Below, piece after piece: positions 1 through 7,206 of a DNA stretch of 43,982 nucleotides. Below the pieces are notes generated by a model. The model saw nothing but the letters and a program-made list of their open reading frames with translations. It did no database searches and was not told the DNA's origin. The DNA is from a virus: the UHGV virus genome UHGV-0179801; one strand, written 5' to 3'. A program made the translations under genes and the position numbers. Numbering within the stretch: the first letter of the stretch is position 1; each line of letters starts with the position of its first letter.

Positions 1-35
1 TCCACGAACTTAGAGACATCAAGCGCGAAACTCAT
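1..35 (-). CDS. 5' end of neck (HK97 gp10-like) gene that wraps the window ends; continues 43982->43619
   Basis: ATG 35..33 in ATGA overlap with stop of 32..391; 35+364=399 nt stays in frame: MSFALDVSKFVE/KAKKNPEKVMRQVSIKLF. Confidence 0.7.
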   Translation of the reverse strand, partial: MSFALDVSKFV

Positions 36-391
36 TTTCTCACCTGAATAAAGTAGGCTACGACATCATCGTTAACCATCTTCTTCTCAATGGCTTCGAT
101 GGACCATTGCTCGCCGCCGAATTGCACCTTGTCTTCCATCTTCGGAACGACGCTGCAATCGGCTTTAACAATCATGTCGCCCGCCTGAATCGTCGTACCG
201 TTTACCAGTCCCGCGTTTACCGGAACCGGAACAGCCTTCAACGGCAGCACTTCATCGTCAGACCAGACGTACTCGCCGAGAACTTCATCCCACACTTTCG
301 AGCCAGCGCGAATCAGCGACACCGTGCTGCCGAATTTGGTCAGCAGGCGTGTACCAACACCTTGCATACGTTTACTGAAAGCTGTACCCAT
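32..391 (-). CDS. head-closure / head-tail joining protein (by position)
   Basis: ORF 32..445 trimmed to ATG 391 (TAATG overlap with upstream stop); 119 aa; lies between adaptor-like gene and gp10-like neck gene. Confidence 0.5.
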   Translation of the reverse strand: MGTAFSKRMQGVGTRLLTKFGSTVSLIRAGSKVWDEVLGEYVWSDDEVLPLKAVPVPVNAGLVNGTTIQAGDMIVKADCSVVPKMEDKVQFGGEQWSIEAIEKKMVNDDVVAYFIQVRK

Positions 392-1005
392 TACGCGGCC
401 TCCAGTCTCGAAATAACCAGTAGCGCGGAAGGCGCGGCGCCCCATGCGGTTACGGTAGCGGCTTGCGGGTATACACCACCGAAGTTGCTTCCGGCGCTAT
501 CTCGCATAATCTGAACGGCAAACGTCTGGCCTGCGGTTGGGTTAATAACGACGCGAGACTCAATCGGGATTGTAATATCCGCGCTCACCAGTTTCGTGGC
601 GGCGGGCGAGCCGTACTGAGTACCGTTTACTAAAATACGTGATAGCAAGATTGATGTGCCACTTGCCCCTGTGCGACCCGCTTGTAACTTGATGCGAACG
701 GCGTAGTTACCCGCAGTGTTGAACGTAACCATACCCGCTGCATTAATCATTACCGGGTCAGATGCACTCCCCTGAGCGGAGCCGAAAGTTAACTGCAATG
801 CTGTGTCCGTCGCGGTTGGCGCTTGTATTACAGTGGACGCGGCGCGAAGAACTTCAACCTCTTTTACCCCAGGAGTGGCGTAAATAGGCGAGTCGGCCAT
901 CTGCGTCATTACCTCGCGTAACTTCGCGGGTGTGATAAGCCCGGTCGTGTTATCAGGGAGGTTCGCACCGATAAGGGTAAACATCTCTGTTTTAGTCTTC
1001 GCCAT
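391..1005 (-). CDS. virion-module protein of unknown function
   Basis: 204-aa ORF, ATG 1005, 2-nt gap to upstream gene; beta-rich C-terminal half; no motif I can name. Confidence 0.6.
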   Translation of the reverse strand: MAKTKTEMFTLIGANLPDNTTGLITPAKLREVMTQMADSPIYATPGVKEVEVLRAASTVIQAPTATDTALQLTFGSAQGSASDPVMINAAGMVTFNTAGNYAVRIKLQAGRTGASGTSILLSRILVNGTQYGSPAATKLVSADITIPIESRVVINPTAGQTFAVQIMRDSAGSNFGGVYPQAATVTAWGAAPSALLVISRLEAA

Positions 1006-1007
1006 TT

Positions 1008-1520
1008 TTAACCCCGGTACACGTTAAACGAGAAACCATTGTTAAGACCGCCGCACAGTAACGGGCGTAAGGCGTCGTCTGCGGCTGTAATAGCAGTTGT
1101 TGCTCCACTGCTGCCGTTGTTGAAGTAGGTAACGGTCACTGCACCCTCGACACGCTCGGTCTGCACGGAACGCCCATCAGTGTTAGCGCGAACATCAGTT
1201 CCAGCACCATATGTAGCGGCGGCGATTACCTGCGCAAGAATCACCTGTTTCGGGATGACATTGTTCGATACTGGGAAGCCATTCAACGTTACGCCGGCGC
1301 GTGGGTAAGCGAGAGACTGTTCAGCGGATACGCGACGACCGCACATCTGCGGTTCTGCAAGCCCGACATAAGTAGCACCGTTGCGCAGAGCTACTTCCGC
1401 GGCGGTATCGTCTTCTGGCAACTCCAGGCCATAATTAGCCGCTAACGCGCGGGCGTCAGCCAGACTAATGTAACTGTCGGCATTCGGTACGATTTCCCCT
1501 GTCTCCACGATTAGCGGCAT
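1008..1520 (-). CDS. head-tail adaptor/connector (gp6-like)
   Basis: 170 aa; N-terminus MPLIVETGEIVPNADSYISLADARALAANYG resembles gp6/DnaT_2-type adaptor N-termini; position after capsid genes. Confidence 0.55.
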   Translation of the reverse strand: MPLIVETGEIVPNADSYISLADARALAANYGLELPEDDTAAEVALRNGATYVGLAEPQMCGRRVSAEQSLAYPRAGVTLNGFPVSNNVIPKQVILAQVIAAATYGAGTDVRANTDGRSVQTERVEGAVTVTYFNNGSSGATTAITAADDALRPLLCGGLNNGFSFNVYRG

Positions 1521-1523
1521 AAA

Positions 1524-1703
1524 TTATTCCTCTGACTTACGGCGACGACGCTTAGTACCGCCACCGTTGTTGTGCGCTTCTTCGTTGTCCGGTTGTGTTG
1601 CAACCAGTTCTTCCGCTTCTACCGCACCGCGAACAGGCATCACCTGACCGTCAACAACATCAACGTGGGTGTACTTTTCGCGGATTACATAATTATCTGC
1701 CAT
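1524..1703 (-). CDS. small basic-tailed protein (59 aa)
   Basis: Hand-found ORF below track cutoff: ATG 1703 with AAGGAAAGG SD; MADNYVIREKY...GGGTKRRRRKSEE; TAA 1524. Confidence 0.5.
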   Translation of the reverse strand: MADNYVIREKYTHVDVVDGQVMPVRGAVEAEELVATQPDNEEAHNNGGGTKRRRRKSEE

Positions 1704-1739
1704 GACCTTTCCTTATTACGGCCCCGAAGGGCCGTTGTA

Positions 1740-2081
1740 TTAAGATACAGTTGCTACGGTGCTGCTGGAGATAATATTACCATACACATCGTGAACAACC
1801 ACTTTATACGTGCCTGAATCGGCGGTAGTGGTAGACGCTTTAGCATAGGTAGCTGCGGTAGCTCCGTCGATGGCGTTGTTGTTCTTATACCACTGGTAAG
1901 AATATGGCTCCAGACCGCCAGTTGCGACCACGGTCAGCGTCATAGTTTCACCTGCGGTTACCGAGGTAGTAGCGTTAAGCGGGGTAGAAAAAGACGCAGG
2001 TGAAATAGTCGCCATGTCAATCTTAGCACCTACGGTGTCCGCAGAGACGCCAGTGATGCGTCGTTTCAATACGTCTGCCAT
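1740..2081 (-). CDS. Ig-like domain protein (putative capsid decoration)
   Basis: 113 aa; I-set Ig pattern GETMTLTVVATGGLEPYSYQWYKNNNAI...DSGTYKVVVHD; directly downstream of major capsid gene. Confidence 0.6.
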   Translation of the reverse strand: MADVLKRRITGVSADTVGAKIDMATISPASFSTPLNATTSVTAGETMTLTVVATGGLEPYSYQWYKNNNAIDGATAATYAKASTTTADSGTYKVVVHDVYGNIISSSTVATVS

Positions 2082-2100
2082 TGGGGAATCCTCTTAGTAA

Positions 2101-2125
2101 ATGAAAAGAGGGACCGAAGTCCCTC
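2101..2125 (-). terminator. intrinsic terminator after major capsid gene
   Basis: Minus strand GAGGGAC-TTCG-GTCCCTC followed by TTTTCATTT, 18 nt after capsid stop. Confidence 0.55.
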
Positions 2126-2142
2126 TCGATTATAGCTTAACC

Positions 2143-3192
2143 TTAAGACCCGACACCAGTTACCAGGAAGGCAATCGGTACATGCTTACGTTCAACAACA
2201 CGGTTCCAGTTAGAGGCGTTCGCCAGGTCCTGCCAGGAAGCGGAGCGCGGGGTAGTCTCGGTGCCGTTGCCAGTGATTACTGCGCTGGTGAAGCTGTAGC
2301 CAAACGGATGCAGCAACCAGGTCTTACGGGTCCACAGGGTTTCAACGCCGCCGCCATTGCCGCGGGACTCTTCACGCTCATAGGCCAGCGGATTGGTTGG
2401 GTTGCCTTCACCATAACCGATAGCGCCGTTGCCGAAGATGATGGAGATGAACTTACGGCTAGGGCCAGTACCGACTACGGTCATGCTGTCGTCAACAATC
2501 ACGCGGTAGCCCTGGTAGGTGGCGAACAGGGTGTCGTTGTCAGCGTTTTTGATGAAGTCGATAAGCTGCTGCTTACGGGCCTGCGCGTATACGAAGCTGT
2601 GCATAGCGATAGTGCCCAGCACTTCACCACCGTTGCCCATCAGCGCGTCACCCATAGTCTGGGTAGCGTCGATGAACGCGCCTGCGTCGAAGCCCAGAGT
2701 AGAGGACACGTCGATTACCATGTCGTTCTGCTCGTGATATGCGTCGGTGGCGGCTACGTTGTCATTGTACAGACCGAGCGCGGTGGCGATCAGACGGCGT
2801 TGTGCCTGGCGCTGCCAGAAGTTATCCAGGCGGGATGCTACGGATTGCAGCGGGTTCTGGCTGGTCAGTTCTACCGTCAAATCCGCCTGACCAAAGCCTT
2901 CGTTCAGGTACGCAACGCGGGCCATCATCTCACCGGTCTGCACATTACGCGGGGTAGCGATGTCCTGGTATACGTCGTTCGAGTAGTTCGGCTCGATAGA
3001 GGTATCAATCGCTTTCCAGAAAGGAATATTAGCGATGTTGGACGGGCCGCGGGCAATCTCGGCAGCGTACGGAGTCGGAGTCAGAATACCGGACTGGAAG
3101 AACGCGGTTTTTTCTACCGGGTCCTCGGTCATATAAGATGCCAGGACCGGGATGTTGCCAGTTACGATATCGCCGATAGTGGTAATTGCCAT
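2143..3192 (-). CDS. major capsid protein
   Basis: 349 aa, follows scaffold gene with 2-nt gap, strong codon regularity (long in-phase antisense ORF), typical size/position for HK97-fold capsid protein. Confidence 0.8.
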   Translation of the reverse strand: MAITTIGDIVTGNIPVLASYMTEDPVEKTAFFQSGILTPTPYAAEIARGPSNIANIPFWKAIDTSIEPNYSNDVYQDIATPRNVQTGEMMARVAYLNEGFGQADLTVELTSQNPLQSVASRLDNFWQRQAQRRLIATALGLYNDNVAATDAYHEQNDMVIDVSSTLGFDAGAFIDATQTMGDALMGNGGEVLGTIAMHSFVYAQARKQQLIDFIKNADNDTLFATYQGYRVIVDDSMTVVGTGPSRKFISIIFGNGAIGYGEGNPTNPLAYEREESRGNGGGVETLWTRKTWLLHPFGYSFTSAVITGNGTETTPRSASWQDLANASNWNRVVERKHVPIAFLVTGVGS

Positions 3193-3194
3193 TA

Positions 3195-3896
3195 TTATTT
3201 CCTCAGGGCTTTAAGTTGCCGTTCAAATTCGGCAGGGTTCGATTTATACAGAGCTAAACGCTCCGCTTCACTCATGTCTTTAAACGCTGGTGCGGCCCCG
3301 CCGCCTTTGCTACCGGAAGCCCCGCCGCCGGAAGCTGCATTTGCTTTAATCAAATGCGAAAACGCTTTGTGTTCACGCAGATATTTGCGGAACTGTTCCG
3401 GGTCAGTCGTGATTACGTTACCGTCTGCGCTGACAAACTTAGTAACCACATCATCGCCTTCGAACTCAGTCTTAACGAACGGTGCAAGGATGTCCACTGC
3501 TTCCGGGGTGATAAAGTCACCTGCGAAAGAGCCTAACACCGCTTTACGTTCGCTACCGAGAATGCGCTCTGCCATTCTGGAGATGCGGCCATCTTTCTCG
3601 GCTAACACCGGGTCATACTGGCTACGAATCGTCTTTTCGAACTCGTCCATCTTACCAGCGGCTTTTAACGCCTCCTGGTGGGCACGCTGCCGTTCTTCTT
3701 CGGCCTCTTTTGCTTTACGAGCGGCTTCTTTCTTCTCCGCAAGTAATGCTTCCTGATTAGCCTTAAGCCCGGCAACTTCTTTCTCAATCAGCGCCTGAAC
3801 TTCTTCAGCGGTGAACATTTTCGGTGCGTCACCGCCGCCAGATTTATCTTCTGCTCCAGCTTCTTCCTGGAACGGATAACGTAAAAAACGATTCAT
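3195..3896 (-). CDS. scaffolding protein
   Basis: ORF 3195..3950 trimmed to ATG 3896; 233 aa, Ala/Glu/Lys-rich coiled coil (EALLAEKKEAARKAKEAEEERQRAHQEALKAAGK); immediately upstream of capsid gene. Confidence 0.7.
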   Translation of the reverse strand: MNRFLRYPFQEEAGAEDKSGGGDAPKMFTAEEVQALIEKEVAGLKANQEALLAEKKEAARKAKEAEEERQRAHQEALKAAGKMDEFEKTIRSQYDPVLAEKDGRISRMAERILGSERKAVLGSFAGDFITPEAVDILAPFVKTEFEGDDVVTKFVSADGNVITTDPEQFRKYLREHKAFSHLIKANAASGGGASGSKGGGAAPAFKDMSEAERLALYKSNPAEFERQLKALRK

Positions 3897-3978
3897 AGTC
3901 AGTATGTCCCCTGGACGTTGGAATCCGGGCCACCCGGATTTACATGTCAAGAATAAATTATTCCAACATGCAAGGCAA

Positions 3979-4242
3979 CTATTCCAGAATATTCCTCACA
4001 TAATCCTGCAACATGAACACTTTCAGTCTCAGTTGCCGTGCACATTCGGCATTCTGAACGTCGATAGCTAAATCCTCGTCCGCGTCGCTACTTGGCGGCG
4101 CCAGTTTGCACGGCGGCTGCATCATCGTCATATCCGGGGATGGAATTAGCGTTTGCGACGGCGCGGGACTTGAGCAGGACGCGAGCATCGTCGAAAGTGC
4201 ACACGCTGCGGCCAGGCGTTTTAATGTACTTAACGACTTCAC
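3979..4242 (-). CDS. o-spanin (Rz1-like outer-membrane lipoprotein)
   Basis: GTG 4242 with GAGGTG SD; signal + lipobox MLAS|C; Pro-rich; starts inside the i-spanin gene in another frame. Confidence 0.7.
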   Translation of the reverse strand: MKSLSTLKRLAAACALSTMLASCSSPAPSQTLIPSPDMTMMQPPCKLAPPSSDADEDLAIDVQNAECARQLRLKVFMLQDYVRNILE

Positions 4243-4474
4243 GGGTAATCACCTCTGATTTCGTCTTGCCTTCGTTGTCAGCGGCTGCGGCCTTTGATTC
4301 ATCCTGCTGCTGCCGTTGTGTTTTCTTTGCTAACTCGGTCTGTGCTTTCTGCTGTTGCTGCGAAACGAGATTCGCCCGGCCTTCGTTCCAGCCGCTGCGA
4401 TATTGGTAGATGCCGTGGGCGTAAGACAGGATGATGAAACATGCTCCTGCTACGACAGTTGCTTTAAGATTCAT
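4088..4474 (-). CDS. i-spanin (Rz-like)
   Basis: 128 aa; N-terminal TM (VVAGACFIILSYAHGIY), Gln/Lys-rich coiled coil; overlaps lipoprotein gene. Confidence 0.7.
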   Translation of the reverse strand: MNLKATVVAGACFIILSYAHGIYQYRSGWNEGRANLVSQQQQKAQTELAKKTQRQQQDESKAAAADNEGKTKSEVITREVVKYIKTPGRSVCTFDDARVLLKSRAVANANSIPGYDDDAAAVQTGAAK

Positions 4475-4498
4475 GTTTCTCCTTTCTCGATAAGTAAA

Positions 4499-4518
4499 GC
4501 CCCGCCATAAAGCGGGGC
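4499..4518 (-). terminator. hairpin (attenuator/terminator) 25 nt upstream of spanin start
   Basis: Minus strand GCCCCGC-TTTATG-GCGGGGC then CTTTACTTAT; imperfect U-tract. Confidence 0.4.
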
Positions 4519-4698
4519 GCTAGTCCTTATCATTTAAACATAGAAACGGCGTAATCTCAGTAAACCAGTTACTTTTTACACAAGCAATAGATTATGGCCC
4601 TTCCGAACGCGTCAGCGTAACTACACTCAGGACTTACGTCCCGCTCCGTTACCTGCCCGCGCCGCGGTCGCTTGTTCATACTTCACAAGCTCAGGTGG

Positions 4699-4727
4699 AG
4701 CTTAGCACATTTTTAGTGAAAAGTCAA
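4699..4727 (-). promoter_or_regulatory. candidate leftward promoter TTGACT-N17-TAAGCT
   Basis: -35 at 4727..4722, -10 at 4704..4699 (minus strand); abuts 16-bp palindrome; about 175-195 nt upstream of hairpin 4499..4518. Confidence 0.3.
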
Positions 4728-4741
4728 CTATTCGAATAGTT
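4726..4741. repeat. perfect 16-bp palindrome AACTATTCGAATAGTT
   Basis: Read directly; half-sites CTATT/AATAG are those of the promoter dyad but in swapped order; centre about -41.5 relative to the TSS predicted from 4699..4727. Confidence 0.8.
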
Positions 4742-4793
4742 TATTCCAAGATTTACAATTCGGTGGAATAACTGGGATACCTAACCAAATAGT

Positions 4794-4822
4794 TTGCACA
4801 CACCAATATAATAGGGTACTAT
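4794..4822 (+). promoter_or_regulatory. type-A promoter/operator cassette (TTGCAC-N17-TACTAT)
   Basis: TTGCACACACCAATATAATAGGGTACTAT; near-identical copies at 6601, 40223 and 18086(-); contains dyad AATAG-N4-CTATT. Confidence 0.6.
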
Positions 4823-4850
4823 TCATTACATCGAAACGAGGAGATGAAAA

Positions 4851-5024
4851 ATGTTCAAAGAAAAAGACATAATGCACGAAAACGGCAAATACTGGGTTCT
4901 AAATGATAAAGGAGTGTACTGCGTAATGATTTCCGGGTTTACCCACGCTAAAGCTGATAGTGCATACGCTAGTTTAGATTTAGCGATAGCCCGCTGTGAT
5001 TATCTGGCGAGTAGAGACGCATAA
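4851..5024 (+). CDS. small protein (57 aa), rightward island 1
   Basis: Hand-found ORF: AGGAGA SD, ATG 4851, MFKEKDIMHENGKYWVLNDKGVYCVMISGFTHAKADSAYASLDLAIARCDYLASRDA, TAA 5024; own promoter and terminator; AT-rich. Confidence 0.55.
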   Translation: MFKEKDIMHENGKYWVLNDKGVYCVMISGFTHAKADSAYASLDLAIARCDYLASRDA

Positions 5025-5027
5025 ACT

Positions 5028-5050
5028 AAGGCCCCGTAATGGGGCCTTTT
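5028..5050. terminator. bidirectional GC-hairpin terminator
   Basis: AAGGCCCC-GTAAT-GGGGCCTT + TTTT; between convergent genes 4851..5024(+) and 5052..5510(-). Confidence 0.7.
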
Positions 5051-5051
5051 A

Positions 5052-5510
5052 TCAATCTGGCTTAGTGACCTTCGCCGCCTTGCTTACCACCTCAACTCCA
5101 TCGGTATCAGTAACTTTAACGAAGTATTCGCCAGCTGCGTTAACCGACAGAGACAAAGCCTGTTCTGGTGCGTTAACCACTTCCTTACCGTCCTTGTACC
5201 AGGTCAGAGTATACGGCGCTTTACCCGCTTTAACTTCGACAGTGATAGTTGCGCTGCCGTCTGCCAGTTCGGCGTCCTGCGGTTGCACAGAGAAATACAC
5301 ATCGCCAGCATCAGCCAGATACGGAATCTCATAAAGCATACCCGCCGCCGGCAGCGCAATACCGGTTTTATCTGCAAACGGCATATCGTCTACGGGCGTA
5401 CCGAGTACACTTTCATCTTCAATAAATACCACGTTCTCGCCGGAGCCAGACACGCGGGCGTACTGGACTACGCGACGCGCGGGTACATCAGTTACTTTGA
5501 AAAAGCCCAT
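5052..5510 (-). CDS. Ig-like domain-containing virion protein
   Basis: 152 aa; C-terminal I-set Ig pattern ATITVEVKAGKAPYTLTWYKDGKEV...AGEYFVKVTD. Confidence 0.55.
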   Translation of the reverse strand: MGFFKVTDVPARRVVQYARVSGSGENVVFIEDESVLGTPVDDMPFADKTGIALPAAGMLYEIPYLADAGDVYFSVQPQDAELADGSATITVEVKAGKAPYTLTWYKDGKEVVNAPEQALSLSVNAAGEYFVKVTDTDGVEVVSKAAKVTKPD

Positions 5511-5512
5511 CG

Positions 5513-6556
5513 TTATTCCCCTTTCAGATAATCAGCAACACGTTTATCGAGTTCCGCCATCTGCTTAAGCGTCAGCGGATTCCCGAAACCATCTACAGAT
5601 ATTACGCGAAACTCTTCCGGTGATATACCGCTGTTACGGAAAATCTTACCGCGTGTCGGCCCGAGTGCTTCATCCTGAAACCATGCCGGTTGTTGTTTCA
5701 GGAACTCGTAATAGGTTGTGTCCGCGCTTACCTGAGTTCCTCCGTCTGCACCCTTAGCCGCACGTTTTGCGCCTTTATCGAGGAAGTCGAACTCCGAGCT
5801 AATTACCGGAGCCGTGCACGACCGGCAGTTCGGATGGGCGGGGGGCATCGGCCCTTTACCAATTTCCCACGTCATCCCGTCTCTGGCTCTGCAAATCGTA
5901 CTTGTACGGCTGTCGAGGGTGGATACCCACTCGTACTTCTCGATGATGTCGTCGTTCTGACGGTACGTCTCGTTACGTGCTTCGTTGGACACGTGGGACA
6001 GCGCGGTGCGTATTACAGTAGCCGCATTGCGCTCAGAGACATCGGCCAGGCCACCCGCGCCAACAACATTCTTAACAATCTGCCGTGTGGTTTGGCCTTG
6101 TACAAATCCCATCTTAACGCCCGTTACCAGGCGCGCGACCTCCGCTTCGCCCCAGCCATCCATCAGCTTGGTGAAATCGACAGGCTTGTCACTTAGTGAC
6201 AGAGGTTGAAACTCGGCAGCGGCCCACACCTGCTCAGCGGTAGGAGTAATAAATTCTGCGTTAACATTGGTCGTCAGTGTTTTTACGTTCCACTCAGCCT
6301 CATATGCCGCCAGTTCCTTAAGGTCTTCTGTCAGCTTTGTTTGCCAGTCACCTGTAAGGCCTGCCAGTGCTTCTTCGAGGTCGCGTAACAGTTTATTCAG
6401 TCTGGCGGTGCTGCGACCGTCGTCGCCGAATAACAGCACCTGCCGTTTTATTTCGTCACGCATCTCCTGAATGAACGGTGTGAGGTCTTTCACCTCGCCG
6501 GATGCGGTGCGTTGCAGCCATATCTGGTGGCTGATTAAGGATGTAAGTAAGCTCAT
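5513..6556 (-). CDS. head morphogenesis protein (SPP1 gp7 / Mu F-like)
   Basis: ORF 5513..6613 trimmed to ATG 6556 (AGGAGG SD); 347 aa; HPNCRSC motif typical of MuF family; downstream of portal. Confidence 0.75.
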   Translation of the reverse strand: MSLLTSLISHQIWLQRTASGEVKDLTPFIQEMRDEIKRQVLLFGDDGRSTARLNKLLRDLEEALAGLTGDWQTKLTEDLKELAAYEAEWNVKTLTTNVNAEFITPTAEQVWAAAEFQPLSLSDKPVDFTKLMDGWGEAEVARLVTGVKMGFVQGQTTRQIVKNVVGAGGLADVSERNAATVIRTALSHVSNEARNETYRQNDDIIEKYEWVSTLDSRTSTICRARDGMTWEIGKGPMPPAHPNCRSCTAPVISSEFDFLDKGAKRAAKGADGGTQVSADTTYYEFLKQQPAWFQDEALGPTRGKIFRNSGISPEEFRVISVDGFGNPLTLKQMAELDKRVADYLKGE

Positions 6557-6600
6557 ATGCCCTCCTGTAGTATCGACAGTGTAACGCATAAAAATAATAT

Positions 6601-6629
6601 TTGCAGACACCAATATAATAGGGTACTAT
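6601..6629 (+). promoter_or_regulatory. type-A promoter/operator cassette (TTGCAG-N17-TACTAT)
   Basis: TTGCAGACACCAATATAATAGGGTACTAT followed by the same leader ...CGAAACGAGGAGATGA.AAATG as copy 4794. Confidence 0.6.
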
Positions 6630-6656
6630 TCAGTTATCGAAACGAGGAGATGAGAA

Positions 6657-7178
6657 ATGGTTACTACAGTAATTACTTTCCCTGCGTATGTAGGGGCGAA
6701 AATCTGCAGGGCGAAAAATGATGTGCGCTATTATTTGAACGCTTTTTACATAGACCCTGAAGGATTGATAGTTTCTACGGATGGTCACAGATTGTTCTGC
6801 GACAACGTGAAGACAAACGTCGAAACTGGAGTTCTAATAGACATCAAAGGGAGGGAGCCTTCTAAATTTAACTACGCGGAGGTAGACCACGACAACGGTA
6901 GTGTTTCTTTCTATGACGATAGTAGTGCGCTTGTATGTACACTTCCTATTGAAGTTGTAGACGGGAGATTTCCTTACTGGAGACGTGTGGCCGGCATTAC
7001 GCCGGGTTCAGTCGATAGCATAGGGTTCTCTCTGCGCTATTTGGCGGACGCGTACAAGATTTCTAAGGCATACAAAAATGAAATTGCCCGTTTCGATTTC
7101 CAGGACCAAACAAACGGATGCAAAATATCATTTTCAAACACTGCATTTATGGTGCTAATGCCAGCGCGATTTAAATAA
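6657..7178 (+). CDS. truncated DnaN (beta sliding clamp)-like protein, rightward island 2
   Basis: 173 aa; blocks DVRYYLN, TDGHRL, VDGRFPYWRRV, IGFSLRY, LMPARF match E. coli DnaN domain II and C-terminal half of domain III (from memory of DnaN). Confidence 0.8.
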   Translation: MVTTVITFPAYVGAKICRAKNDVRYYLNAFYIDPEGLIVSTDGHRLFCDNVKTNVETGVLIDIKGREPSKFNYAEVDHDNGSVSFYDDSSALVCTLPIEVVDGRFPYWRRVAGITPGSVDSIGFSLRYLADAYKISKAYKNEIARFDFQDQTNGCKISFSNTAFMVLMPARFK

Positions 7179-7182
7179 AACT

Positions 7183-7206
7183 AAGGCCCCGAAAGGGGCC
7201 TTTTCT
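7183..7206. terminator. bidirectional GC-hairpin terminator
   Basis: AAGGCCCC-GAAA-GGGGCCTT + TTTC; between 6657..7178(+) and portal stop 7207(-). Confidence 0.7.

Noticed and set aside
1718-1735. Stable hairpin ACGGCCC-CGAA-GGGCCGT between the Ig-like gene and the 59-aa ORF, considered as a terminator.
   Set aside because: There is no U-tract on either strand. It is more likely an mRNA-stabilising or processing hairpin, so it is not annotated as a terminator.
2101-3756. 551-aa ORF on the + strand, antisense to both major capsid and scaffold genes; the longest ORF not annotated.
   Set aside because: It is the codon-aligned antisense frame of two highly expressed genes that share one frame (3192/3195). 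Stops in that frame require sense codons TTA/CTA/TCA, which these genes avoid. The translation is low-complexity (runs of A/S/R/G/V), there is no SD, and it starts inside the capsid terminator. It is most likely a codon-bias artefact.
4520-4700. GC-rich non-coding stretch upstream of the spanins, checked for a tRNA, small RNA gene or a 36-aa ORF (ATG at about 4680, minus strand).
   Set aside because: I could not fold a cloverleaf or find a T-loop GTTCGAATC-type box. The ORF has no SD. I kept it only as the putative leader in the spanin finding.
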